A DNA stretch of 61,936 bases, the filler included. It is 6 parts of 6 records of this genome, joined end to end, with 100 filler letters (N's around TTAATTAATTAA, not from the genome) between each part and the next. Parts side by side here need not be neighbours in the genome. Positions count along the whole stretch, not along the records: positions 36,320 to 48,221 come from SRR31156797_9924; positions 48,322 to 56,555 come from SRR31156797_9931; 4 more parts are not named here. The stretch is one strand, 5' to 3'. How positions within the stretch are numbered: the first letter of the stretch is position 1; the number at the start of each line of letters is the position of its first letter. The notes under the pieces are model-generated. The model did no database searches and had not been told where the DNA came from. It saw only the letters and a program-made list of their open reading frames with translations. Below are positions 40,616 through 50,151 of this stretch, piece by piece. A program made the translations under genes and the position numbers.

Positions 40616-42253
40616 ATGGAAAAACTAAAGTCTGAAACCTATGACGCCTTCGTCCGGGACTATTCGGTCGACGTACCGGAGAATTACAATTTTGCCTTTG
40701 ATTTCGTCGACGAAACAGCAAAAGAAAACCCGGGCCGACCGGCCATGATCCACGTGGACAACCAGGGAAACTGCCGCAACTTTGACCTGGACTATTTTTC
40801 AACCACCTCGGCACGGCTTGCCAACGCCCTGACAGACCAGGGCATTGCCAAGGGCGACAAGGTGATGATCCTCCTCTACCGCCGGGTGGAGTTCTGGGTG
40901 ACCATGCTTGCCCTGCACAAAATCGGGGCCATCGCCATCCCCTCCCCGTTTCTCCTCACGGAAAAGGATATCGAATACCGGGTCAATTTTGCCGGCATCC
41001 GGGGCATCATCGCCGAACACACCCTGACCCCCACCGTGGACAAGGCCAAGGAGCACTGCCCGGGCCTGGGCACTTTTCTTGAAGTGGGACAGGAGCCCCC
41101 CTCCCCCGGCTGGGAGAGCTACGACACCCTGGTGGCCAACGCCTCCGACACCTTTTTGAAGCCCGCCGATTGCGCCGGCGGAGACGATCCCCTTCTCATC
41201 TTTTTCTCCTCGGGCACCACGGGCTCCCCAAAGATGGTGGCCCACTCCCACACCTACCCCCTCGGCCATGTGCCCACGGGAACCTACTGGCACGATCTCG
41301 AACCCGGCGACATCCAGCTCACCCTGGCCGATACCGGATGGGGCAAGGCGGTCTGGGGAAAATTCTACGGACAGTGGATGGCGGGAGCCACGGTATTTGT
41401 CTATGATTTCAGGGGAAAATTCGACCAGGGGAAGCTCCTGGAAATGATGGCCGAGCACAAGGTGACCACCTTTTGCGCCCCGCCCACGGTCTATCGCTTC
41501 ATGATCCAGGAAGATCTCGCCAAATACGATCTCTCACACCTGAAACACTGCACCACCGCAGGCGAGCTGTTGAACGACAGTGTGTTCCACACCTGGAAAA
41601 AGGCAACGGGCCTGTCCATCTATGAGGGCTACGGCCAGACCGAAACCACCCTCCTGATCGCGACCTTTCACTTTATGGAGCCCAAACCCGGCTCCATCGG
41701 ACGGCCGGTTCCGGGCTTCACCATCGATCTCCTGGACAGGGACGGAAACGTCTGCCCCCCCGGCGTCGAGGGCGAAATCTGCGTCAAACTGGACAAAGGG
41801 AAACCCACCGGTCTTTTCAACGGCTATGTCCAGGAAGAGGAAAAAACCGCCAAGGCGTGCAGGGACGGCTACTATCACACCGGGGACAAGGCATGGATGG
41901 ATGAGGACGGCTATTTCTGGTTCCTGGGAAGGGTGGACGACCTGATCAAGAGTTCCGGCTACAGGATCGGCCCCTTTGAGGTGGAGAGCGCCCTTGTGGC
42001 CCACGACGCGGTACTGGAAGCCGCGGTCACCGGAGTTCCGGACGATGTCAGGGGCCAGGCGGTAAAGGCCACCGTGGTTCTCAATGACGGGTTCACCCCT
42101 TCGGAGGAACTGACAAAAGAACTCCAGAACTTTGTGAAAAAAGTCACGGCCCCCTACAAATACCCCCGGGTCATCGACTATGTTGACGAGCTTCCCAAGA
42201 CCATCAGCGGAAAGATCAAACGGGCCGAGATCCGTGCCCAGGACAACGCCTGA
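40616..42253 (+). CDS. Short/medium-chain acyl-CoA synthetase (AMP-forming)
   Basis: SSGTTGSPK, EGYGQTE, SSGYRIGPFEVES, PKTISGK. Confidence 0.92.
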   Translation: MEKLKSETYDAFVRDYSVDVPENYNFAFDFVDETAKENPGRPAMIHVDNQGNCRNFDLDYFSTTSARLANALTDQGIAKGDKVMILLYRRVEFWVTMLALHKIGAIAIPSPFLLTEKDIEYRVNFAGIRGIIAEHTLTPTVDKAKEHCPGLGTFLEVGQEPPSPGWESYDTLVANASDTFLKPADCAGGDDPLLIFFSSGTTGSPKMVAHSHTYPLGHVPTGTYWHDLEPGDIQLTLADTGWGKAVWGKFYGQWMAGATVFVYDFRGKFDQGKLLEMMAEHKVTTFCAPPTVYRFMIQEDLAKYDLSHLKHCTTAGELLNDSVFHTWKKATGLSIYEGYGQTETTLLIATFHFMEPKPGSIGRPVPGFTIDLLDRDGNVCPPGVEGEICVKLDKGKPTGLFNGYVQEEEKTAKACRDGYYHTGDKAWMDEDGYFWFLGRVDDLIKSSGYRIGPFEVESALVAHDAVLEAAVTGVPDDVRGQAVKATVVLNDGFTPSEELTKELQNFVKKVTAPYKYPRVIDYVDELPKTISGKIKRAEIRAQDNA

Positions 42254-42310
42254 TCCGGATCTTCGCCATGATTACCGTCCGGGTCCGAATCATCGGGCCC
42301 GGATGGCCCC

Positions 42311-42832
42311 TCACCCGACAGCCGCGATAAACGCGTCCTCCAGGGCCTTCCGGTTGGCCTTGATCCTGTTGAGACGCGCCTCAAAGGCCTGCCTGGCTTC
42401 CGGGCCCTCCCCCTCCATCACCCTTATCTGCGCCGGGCAGCAGTACCAGGTGCAGAGAAAGGGACGGTGCAACCGCTCAAGGATGCATCCCGTGGAGGAG
42501 AGGCAGGAACAGGCGCCGGTCGGCGTCCGGGTGATCTGGCCGGCCGGAAACCGTTCAAAATTCAAATAAATAAAAAGAAGATCCCTGAAATCAAACCATA
42601 CCGTGGCCCTGCAGCAGCAGACATCTTCGCATACCGTGCAGGTTTGGCTTGCGATCGCCTCGATGGTTTCGGAGATCTCGATAAGATCCTGCCGGATACA
42701 ATCTGCAAGCATCCGCGGTTTTTCTAACTTGTCCCAACAACGCCGTGCCGGGGTTTCTATGGATTGGAGAGCCTGATTCCACTCTTCGGGAATCTTCCAG
42801 GGAGGGATCTCAGGCCCGGCAGGATGGTCCAT
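42311..42832 (-). CDS. Cys-rich metal-cluster protein (YkgJ-like)
   Basis: CxxCxxxCC ... CSCL...GC....RPFLCTWY. Start 42832 lies 4 nt after the yhbY stop. Confidence 0.65.
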   Translation of the reverse strand: MDHPAGPEIPPWKIPEEWNQALQSIETPARRCWDKLEKPRMLADCIRQDLIEISETIEAIASQTCTVCEDVCCCRATVWFDFRDLLFIYLNFERFPAGQITRTPTGACSCLSSTGCILERLHRPFLCTWYCCPAQIRVMEGEGPEARQAFEARLNRIKANRKALEDAFIAAVG

Positions 42833-42836
42833 GCCC

Positions 42837-43145
42837 CTATCCGGGAATTCGGATGAGCCGTTTTTCCGTTTCCCTGTGCTCACGGTAGTAGATGGCAACA
42901 TGGCCGATGAGGCCTGCGAGAATGGATGAGGTTGCCGTTTCGATCTCCTGGGCAAGGGCGGTCTTGACCTTTTTCTCCTTGTAATCGACGAACTTGACCT
43001 TGATCAGCTCGCAGGCGTCAAGGGCCTCGTTCACCTCGTGGATCAATGCGTCCGTAAGCCCTTTCTGGCCGACATAGGCAGACGGCTTAATGTCGTGGGC
43101 AAGTCCCCTCAGGTATTTCCTCTGTGATCCTTTTAATTCCTTCAC
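42837..43145 (-). CDS. yhbY: CRM-domain RNA-binding protein YhbY
   Basis: QRKYLRGLAH.IKP...VGQKGLT...ELIKVK...IGHVAIYYR. Confidence 0.92.
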   Translation of the reverse strand: MKELKGSQRKYLRGLAHDIKPSAYVGQKGLTDALIHEVNEALDACELIKVKFVDYKEKKVKTALAQEIETATSSILAGLIGHVAIYYREHRETEKRLIRIPG

Positions 43146-43382
43146 TGTTTCCTTATCCTTAAAGTTAAACCAATAATAACGATTCTAAACCTATATAGAT
43201 ATTATAATATTGGCCAAAGAACAACACTATTCTACACCAGGCACCAATTAATTCCAAACACCCCCTCCGGGTTGCTTTTTGAAGATGCCTCCGTTACAGT
43301 ATTTTACAAGGCTATGAATATTCCGGGCAACCACCTTGCCCGAAAGACAAGCAAGGCGTCAACCACAACAGGAGAGGACCCA

Positions 43383-44258
43383 ATGGCAGATAACAAAGAA
43401 ATAGATATCACCACGGTGCCCTTTCTTTCAAACAGCAGCCTCGAAAAGTTCAACTTTCTAAGGACGCCTGCGGCCGGGTGCTTCAGGCGGCACTTCCGGA
43501 GCGGCCTGCGCTCTCACCTCTTTGAACTGATCCGGGCCAAGGACCTTGAAACGGAGCAGACAGGAAAGATCATCGGCAATATCCGGCAATATCCCAGGGC
43601 CAGGCCCTACAGGATGCTCAGGGTGCTTCGAACCCCCTTCGCCTCCCTGGACCAGGCCCTTGGCGAGATCGAAAAGTACAAACTGCTCCTGAAGTTTCTC
43701 GGCCCCGGCCTGGTTGCGAAAAGCGAGGAGTTCATCGTCGAACACAGGGGGCCAGGTGGGCGGGAAATCCTCCTCTGCGGCCTCCAGGAGTATATCAAGG
43801 GAACGACCCTCGATCCCTGGCACCTTACCGGAAAAGAGGCGCTCAAACATTTTTACACCCCCAATACCACCACCCATTACCGGAAATTTGTCCACAGGGC
43901 GGAAAGGGATATTAGAACCTTTGTTGGGGCCGTGCGAAGGATAATCCATGCCACCGCCCATATTCCTGACCTTGCGGGGGTCGGCAACCTCATGCTGACC
44001 CAGGAAGGCAGGTTAAAGCTCGTGGACATCAACAACGTCATTAAAATAAAGCAGAACCCGGCCATCCAGCTGGACGACAGGGGCTACCCCTGCTGCGACA
44101 AGTCCATGGAGGTTCTCTTCATTCTCGAGCATAAGATCCTTCAACAGCCGCTCCCCATGGATGACCCGCTCTATCAACGTTTCTTCTCACCGGAGCGAAT
44201 GGACCGGGTAAATAAACTGGAACAGGTCTTTTACGACCGCCTCAATAAAGCTCCATGA
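43383..44258 (+). CDS. Hypothetical protein with protein-kinase-like catalytic motifs
   Basis: QEYIKG, HIPDLAGVGNLML, LKLVDIN. ATG 43383 follows SD GGAG/GAGG. Confidence 0.6.
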   Translation: MADNKEIDITTVPFLSNSSLEKFNFLRTPAAGCFRRHFRSGLRSHLFELIRAKDLETEQTGKIIGNIRQYPRARPYRMLRVLRTPFASLDQALGEIEKYKLLLKFLGPGLVAKSEEFIVEHRGPGGREILLCGLQEYIKGTTLDPWHLTGKEALKHFYTPNTTTHYRKFVHRAERDIRTFVGAVRRIIHATAHIPDLAGVGNLMLTQEGRLKLVDINNVIKIKQNPAIQLDDRGYPCCDKSMEVLFILEHKILQQPLPMDDPLYQRFFSPERMDRVNKLEQVFYDRLNKAP

Positions 44259-44946
44259 CCGAACACCACCGTTCATACTCGGTGGCCACCGGAAGCCCAT
44301 GCTTTTCCATGGCCGCCACCAGATCGGAATGGTTGAACCGCACATAGGGATTGACCTTGAACTCATCCGCCAGGGTGGAAACCACATGGCCGGGGTCGTA
44401 TTTCTCAAGATAGGCGTCGATATGGGGATTGTCCGGGTCAATGGTCCTGGCAAAGGCCATGGACGCCCTGACATAGTCATGGCCGGCATAGACCAGACTC
44501 TCCCCGGGAAACGAGGTCAGCAACTTGATGGAGCGGAAAAACCCCTCCATATCCCCGGAAAAACAATTGCCCACGGTGCCGTTAAACAGGGTATCGCCGG
44601 TGATGAGACGGTGGTCGGCCTTGAAACTCAGACAATCGTCCATGTGCCCAGGGGTGTGAAAGACAAGCAGGCGCTCATCCCCGAGTTCGATGAACTTGCG
44701 CTCCCTTAACGTAGGACAATCCAGAAACCTGGCCCCTGTGAGCCGGAGCATCTCCCTGTTCCCCTGGACATGATCGTAATGGGAGTGGGTGTTGGTCACG
44801 ATCCCGATGGTCACCCCCCTGGCATCGGCAAAGGCGGCCATTTCATCCGGGGCCCCCGCATCGATGGCAACGGCATGTCGGGTCCCGTAAACAAGGTATC
44901 CCAGGTTATCGGAAGCGTAGCCAAACTGTTGGACCTCCATGTTCAC
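44242..44946 (-). CDS. gloB: Glyoxalase II-like metallo-beta-lactamase-fold hydrolase
   Basis: THSHYDHVQGN, HTPGH, TGDTLF, AGHDY, EFKVNPY. Confidence 0.85.
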   Translation of the reverse strand: MNMEVQQFGYASDNLGYLVYGTRHAVAIDAGAPDEMAAFADARGVTIGIVTNTHSHYDHVQGNREMLRLTGARFLDCPTLRERKFIELGDERLLVFHTPGHMDDCLSFKADHRLITGDTLFNGTVGNCFSGDMEGFFRSIKLLTSFPGESLVYAGHDYVRASMAFARTIDPDNPHIDAYLEKYDPGHVVSTLADEFKVNPYVRFNHSDLVAAMEKHGLPVATEYERWCSVMELY

Positions 44947-45080
44947 CCTCCGTTATTTTCTTGCATTTCCGATTCAAACAAGGTATCTGCCCCAGATCAT
45001 AATGGTCAGGAACCATCACCGGCTTTCAGAAATACCATGAAACCGGTTCAGATACAAACGTTGTAAAGAATGAGGAACCA

Positions 45081-45680
45081 ATGAAATCAATTTGCGTGTT
45101 CTGCGGGTCGAGCCCGGGAAAAGCCCCCCTGTATGTCGAAACCGCGGTCAAACTTGGAAAGTCCCTTGCCCGGCGGGACATCAGGCTCGTTTACGGCGGT
45201 GCGAGTGTCGGCACCATGGGCGCTACCGCACTTTCCGTTCTGAAAAACGGCGGCAGTGTCACCGGGGTGATCACCAAGCAGCTCGTCACCATGGAGGTGG
45301 CCAACACCGATCTTACCGATCTGAGAATCGTTGACACCATGCACGACCGAAAGGCCATGATGGCAGAGCTCTCCGACGGGTTCATCGCCCTTCCGGGCGG
45401 TTTCGGCACCATCGAAGAGCTGTTCGAGGCCATCACCTGGGCCCAGCTCGGCATACAGAAAAAGCCCTGCGGCATCCTGAACGTCGGCGGTTACTACGAC
45501 AAGCTCCTGGAATTTATCGATCACATGATCGACCATGAATTTGTCAAATCCGATTACCGGGAGCTCATCAAGGTGGATGATACCCCGGAAGGGCTGATCG
45601 AGCAGTTCGACGATTACACCCCCGTGACCGTGAACAAGGCCAAATGGGTGCTGTCAAACACAAGCCCCGTATTGAATTAA
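45081..45680 (+). CDS. LOG-family nucleotide phosphoribohydrolase (TIGR00730)
   Basis: ICVFCGSS, LVYGG, MHDRK, PGGFGTIEE. Confidence 0.93.
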   Translation: MKSICVFCGSSPGKAPLYVETAVKLGKSLARRDIRLVYGGASVGTMGATALSVLKNGGSVTGVITKQLVTMEVANTDLTDLRIVDTMHDRKAMMAELSDGFIALPGGFGTIEELFEAITWAQLGIQKKPCGILNVGGYYDKLLEFIDHMIDHEFVKSDYRELIKVDDTPEGLIEQFDDYTPVTVNKAKWVLSNTSPVLN

Positions 45681-45826
45681 AGCCCGGCTCCGGGCCATAC
45701 CAAAACCGCCCCTGCCCCCATGGCGTGTTGTTGAAGGGCAGGGGGCAGCGTCTCCATCCCCCGGGCACGGCCCGAAAAAAATACACGAATTTAAGCCCCA
45801 TTGACAGGATGATCGTTTTTTTTGTT

Positions 45827-45855
45827 TTGACACCCTATGGGGGGTGGCGTACAAT
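45827..45855 (+). promoter_or_regulatory. sigma70 promoter with C/G-tract pseudo-palindrome in the spacer
   Basis: TTGACA-N17-TACAAT, overlapped by CACCCTATGGGGGGTG. Confidence 0.75.
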
Positions 45856-46110
45856 CAGGACTGTTAAAAATTCCAAACAGCGAATTCCTATCAATTCGAT
45901 CAACGAGAGCGACGGGTTACGATCTCTGACGATTCAAACCTCTTTTCCATTCACTTTACTTAAAGATCAAGTTGCCTCCCAGGTTTCCTCCTTAAAACAG
46001 GTCTCACTGCTTTCAGTAAGTGCGGGCTTTTTCATTGTGATGACAAGGAATCATCCGCCATCACATATTCCTTACCATAACGACCATATAGAAAAACGAA
46101 AGGAGGAAAA

Positions 46111-47592
46111 ATGGGTTATCTTAATGCTTTGTTGTCAGACATAGTAACTAAGGTCACAAGGAGGCTCAATGTAAATTTGAGCATTACAGTCTTACAGGAC
46201 GATACGAAAGAAGAAATTACGACATCTGGAAAACAACATGATGAGATAGTCAAAATTCGTATCCCAGACCACGAAGGAGTTCCTGATCCACCCCTTGAAA
46301 ACGCACAAAGCATGGACATGGCAGACGCCCATGGAGGACTCCCCGATTTCGACCGGCAAATTAAGATAAAGCCAAACTACAGCACCCGTTCGAGTTTTTA
46401 TGTACCTGTAACAAACAAACAAGGAAAAGAATTAGGTGCCATAAAAGTATTTGATAAAAAAACCGGCGCCCCCCTTACGGATGAAGAGAAAAAGGTACTC
46501 AATAAGCTATCCGGAGAAATCGCCAAGGTTATGGACAAGTCAAACAGATGGACATCCTGCATACCGGGGCTCGGCTTAGTCCTAGGCGTCGTTCTGTTGA
46601 CAACCCTCCTCCACGGCCTGCTCCCGGGCGCTTCAGGGAAAGTGATCGGCGATGTCCTGATGGCTCTTTTTCTGGGATTGCTCATCAACAATTTATTCAT
46701 CATACCCATTGGCATGATTCCCGGGATACGGTTCGCCCTCAGGCAGATGCTTCGACTTGCCGTTATTCTTCTGGGATGCCGCGTTGCATTCACCCAGATC
46801 ATCGCCATTGGCGGCAAGGCCGTCATCATTGTGACCATTTTGATATTGGTCGCCCTGACAATATCTTATCTCCTGGGACGGATTGCTAAAATCCCCGCAA
46901 AGCTGGCAATACTGATCGGAGTCGGAACAGCGGTGTGCGGGAACACAGCCATCGCGGCCATGGCGCCTGTCATCGACGCACAGGAGGAGGATTTCTCCTT
47001 TGCCGTTGCCACCAATACATTGATCGGAACCGTGGCCGTCTTTGTCTTTCCCATGATCGGGCATTACCTGGGATTTTCAGACGCGCTCTTTGGCACCTGG
47101 GTGGGTACGGCGGTTAACGACACCTCACAGGTGCTTGCCACCGGATTTTCCTTCAGCCAGCAAGCGGGTGAGATGGCCACGATTATCAAACTGACCCGGA
47201 ACGCCATGATGGCATTTGTGCTTGTAGCCATGGGAATGATTTACGCCCATGCCACAGGAAGCAAGGCTGAAAGAAAGGAGATGTCCCTCAGGGAACGCTT
47301 CAACAATTCGGTCCCCATGTTTGTCCTGCTGTTTGTGATAATGGCGGTATTGAATACATTCGGACTTTTTACCTGGGTCTCGGATTTAACCGATTGTAAT
47401 ATCCATGCCCTCATCAAAAAGATTTGCAAGCTTCTGATCCTGGGGGCCATGGCCGGGGTCGGACTGGGAACCAATTTTTCCCAGATGCGAAAGTCCGGTA
47501 TCAGGCCGTTTTTTGTAGGTGTCACCACGGCACTGACAACGGCGGTGCTAAGCCTGTCATTAATCTATTTCCTGGGCCCCGCCGGCCAATAG
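46111..47592 (+). CDS. YeiH/putative sulfate exporter family membrane protein with N-terminal GAF-like domain
   Basis: LRLAVILLG, LIGVGTAVCGNTAIAAMAP, GTAVNDTSQV, IKLTRN, AMAGVGL. Soluble ~145-aa N-terminus has a GAF pattern. Confidence 0.88.
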   Translation: MGYLNALLSDIVTKVTRRLNVNLSITVLQDDTKEEITTSGKQHDEIVKIRIPDHEGVPDPPLENAQSMDMADAHGGLPDFDRQIKIKPNYSTRSSFYVPVTNKQGKELGAIKVFDKKTGAPLTDEEKKVLNKLSGEIAKVMDKSNRWTSCIPGLGLVLGVVLLTTLLHGLLPGASGKVIGDVLMALFLGLLINNLFIIPIGMIPGIRFALRQMLRLAVILLGCRVAFTQIIAIGGKAVIIVTILILVALTISYLLGRIAKIPAKLAILIGVGTAVCGNTAIAAMAPVIDAQEEDFSFAVATNTLIGTVAVFVFPMIGHYLGFSDALFGTWVGTAVNDTSQVLATGFSFSQQAGEMATIIKLTRNAMMAFVLVAMGMIYAHATGSKAERKEMSLRERFNNSVPMFVLLFVIMAVLNTFGLFTWVSDLTDCNIHALIKKICKLLILGAMAGVGLGTNFSQMRKSGIRPFFVGVTTALTTAVLSLSLIYFLGPAGQ

Positions 47593-47620
47593 TTATGTCC
47601 GGGACCCGTCAAGATTAGAG

Positions 47621-47680
47621 AAAGCTACAGCACCCATTTTTCCAAGATGGGGGACAAGGGCAAATGGATGCCGTAGCTTT
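47621..47680. terminator. Long imperfect hairpin between convergent genes
   Basis: AAAGCTAC.GCA.CCATTT ... AAATGG.TGC.GTAGCTTT. Confidence 0.55.
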
Positions 47681-47689
47681 CCTCTATCG

Positions 47690-48221
47690 TCACACCTTGA
47701 ATTTATCCACGATGCCGGAGAGCTGGGCCGACATCTCGGTCAGGTTTTCGGCGCTCAGGCGCACCTGATCACTGCCGTTGGATATTTCGCCGGCCTCCAT
47801 GTTGACCTGGGCGATATCTTTGGTGATCTCTTCTGCCACAGACGAACTTTGGTTGATGTTCTCATTGACCTCCTGGATACCCTGGGAGGCCTGGTTGATA
47901 TTGGTTGAGATCTCCCTTGTGGCCGTTGACTGCTCTTCCACGGCCGCGGCAATGGTCGCGACAATGTCGTTGACCCCGTTGATCACATCGGAAATCTCAT
48001 CGATCTCGGTAAGGGATACGGCGGTGGAGGTCTGCACCCCTTCGATCTGGGTCTTTATGTCAAGGGTCGCCCTGGCCGTCTGGAGTGCCAGGTCTTTGAT
48101 CTCGTTTGCCACCACGGCAAACCCCTTACCCGCCTCCCCCGCCCTTGCGGCCTCGATGGTCGCGTTCAGGGCCAGAAGGTTGGTCTGCTCCGAAATATCG
48201 GTGATGGTTTCCGTGACCTTG
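47690..48221 (-). CDS. Methyl-accepting chemotaxis protein, C-terminal fragment
   Basis: [34 protein letters not shown] read from the contig edge. Confidence 0.95.
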
Positions 48222-48321
48222 NNNNNNNNNNNNNNNNNNNNNNNNNNNNNNNNNNNNNNNNNNNNTTAATTAATTAANNNNNNNNNNNNNNNNNNNNNNN
48301 NNNNNNNNNNNNNNNNNNNNN
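48222..48321. other. Artificial contig-joining spacer
   Basis: N44-TTAATTAATTAA-N44. Confidence 0.99.
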
Positions 48322-48525
<204 letters not shown>

Positions 48526-48589
48526 CTATATTTCCTCCATATATGTAATGTGTATTTTCTTCGGTATCAATTCGATGCTGGCGGGTATC

Positions 48590-48877
48590 TTACTCAATTA
48601 CGCCCAGCACATCATCCTGACGCATGATCAGGTAGTCAGCACCTTCAATCTTCACCTCGGTGCCACCGTATTTGCTGAAAAGAATTCTGTCTCCGACCTT
48701 GAGTTCCATGGGGATGAGTGTTCCGTCTTCGCCCACACGGCCATTTCCCGCGGCAACAACCTTTCCCTCAGCAGGTTTCTCTTTTGCGGTATCGGGGATG
48801 ATGATACCGCCTTTTGTCTTCTCGGTCTCCTCAACGCGCTCAACAAGAATCCTGTCCTGCAATGGTCTTAAACCCAT
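48590..48877 (-). CDS. groS: Co-chaperonin GroES
   Basis: [29 protein letters not shown]. Confidence 0.97.
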   Translation of the reverse strand: MGLRPLQDRILVERVEETEKTKGGIIIPDTAKEKPAEGKVVAAGNGRVGEDGTLIPMELKVGDRILFSKYGGTEVKIEGADYLIMRQDDVLGVIE

Positions 48878-48958
48878 GATCTAATTCTCCTTTTATTTTT
48901 AATTTTGTTACAAGTTTAACTTTTTATGATATCGCAACTCCGGATCGATAGGGAGGAG

Positions 48959-49228
48959 TTACTCGTCCTTTTTGACAGCTGGCTTGGAGGCTTCGCAGGT
49001 TTTCGCGGAACTCCCCTTGGGTTTGGAGGCGGACCCTCCGCTGGATTTTGATCCACCGTAGTCGGTGACATACCAGCCTGAACCTTTTAAATGAAATGAA
49101 CTGTGGGAGATGAGCTTATGCAGCTTCCCCTGGCAATGGCTGCAGGTTGTAAGAGGCTCTTCCGAGATCTTTTGAAAAGCCTCTTCGATCCTTCCGCAGT
49201 TTGTGCATTCATACTCATAAATCGGCAT
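48959..49228 (-). CDS. FmdB-family zinc ribbon protein
   Basis: MPIYEYECxxC...CxxC...FHLKGSGWYVTDY. Confidence 0.92.
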   Translation of the reverse strand: MPIYEYECTNCGRIEEAFQKISEEPLTTCSHCQGKLHKLISHSSFHLKGSGWYVTDYGGSKSSGGSASKPKGSSAKTCEASKPAVKKDE

Positions 49229-49322
49229 TTTTATCTGTTCTCCACTGTTTGGTGTTCGTGCGTCTCAAAAACAATGATAAAATAGTCAGTCTTTATTCCT
49301 TGTCAAGGAGAAGACGCAAAAT

Positions 49323-49868
49323 TTAGATCAGTTTGTCAAATCCCGGTTCCGCCCGCCACTCCCGGTAATAATCAAGCACGGTGGCAACTCCGTCAAGCCG
49401 GACCCGGCTCAGGATCTTCCAGGTCAGGTCATGAACCCGCCGTTCCTCTTCCATGGCGGTTTCATGGGTGGAGGAGGCTTCGTAGATCTGCTGGAACCTG
49501 GCGAACCGGACAATGTGCACAAGCTCGTGAACCACGACATACAGCAAAAACGGAAACAGCCGAAGCCCCTGCTTCCGTTCCAGGACCTTCAGGATGGCGG
49601 GGTCCTGGAGGCATATCTTATAAAAATTAAAAGAGGAGGATCCCAGGGTCCCGTTTTTCTTCCTTGCCTCATACCCCACCACCTGGGCAAAAGGCCCCGT
49701 CACCTGTTCATGACCGGACAGATCCTTGACCGTCCTGACATCGTAGCGACTCCGCAACCACTGGGCCGATGACATCTTGAAATAGTTGCTCACAAGCTCT
49801 TCTGCGATACAGACGGCATCATCGACCTCTTTGAGTTGTCCTTCATCAAACAGCGGACACTGGTTCAT
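49323..49868 (-). CDS. Hypothetical protein with HEXXH motif
   Basis: VVVHELVH followed by EE. SD AAGGAG. Confidence 0.7.
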   Translation of the reverse strand: MNQCPLFDEGQLKEVDDAVCIAEELVSNYFKMSSAQWLRSRYDVRTVKDLSGHEQVTGPFAQVVGYEARKKNGTLGSSSFNFYKICLQDPAILKVLERKQGLRLFPFLLYVVVHELVHIVRFARFQQIYEASSTHETAMEEERRVHDLTWKILSRVRLDGVATVLDYYREWRAEPGFDKLI

Positions 49869-49981
49869 CCCAAAGACTCCTTATAAAAAAGAATGGACAG
49901 ATTCCAAATCTATATGTTATGTATAGCGATTAACAGATTACAAAAATACTGTATAAAATCCTTATAAAGGAGGTGATCTTT

Positions 49982-50080
49982 TTGGGTAGTGTTATTAAGA
50001 AAAGAAGAAAAAAGATGAGAAAACATAAACACAGAAAACTCCTTGCAAGAACAAGGCACCAGAGACGCAAGGGGAAATAA
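49982..50080 (+). CDS. 32-aa basic protein, AURKAIP1/COX24 (ribosomal bS22/mS38-like) family
   Basis: TTG start after strong SD AAGGAGGTGA. MGSVIKKRRKKMRKHKHRKLLARTRHQRRKGK. Too short for the ORF track. Confidence 0.9.
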   Translation: MGSVIKKRRKKMRKHKHRKLLARTRHQRRKGK

Positions 50081-50101
50081 GTGAGTTTTTGAAATATGAA
50101 T

Positions 50102-50139
50102 TACGGGGTTGTGAAACCGAATGGTTTCACAACCCCGTA
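50102..50139. terminator. 17-bp perfect hairpin between convergent genes
   Basis: TACGGGGTTGTGAAACC-gaat-GGTTTCACAACCCCGTA. Confidence 0.85.
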
Positions 50140-50151
50140 TTCATTTTCCGG

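Noticed and set aside
45895..45970. SAM-I-like words (ATC..GAG..GGG..TGA..AAGAT) in the yeiH leader
   Set aside because: Lacks GCAACC and GTGC, and P1 does not pair.
45644..46144. 166-aa ORF spanning the LOG-yeiH intergenic region
   Set aside because: It overlaps both neighbours, crosses hairpins and a promoter, and has no SD or protein-like features.
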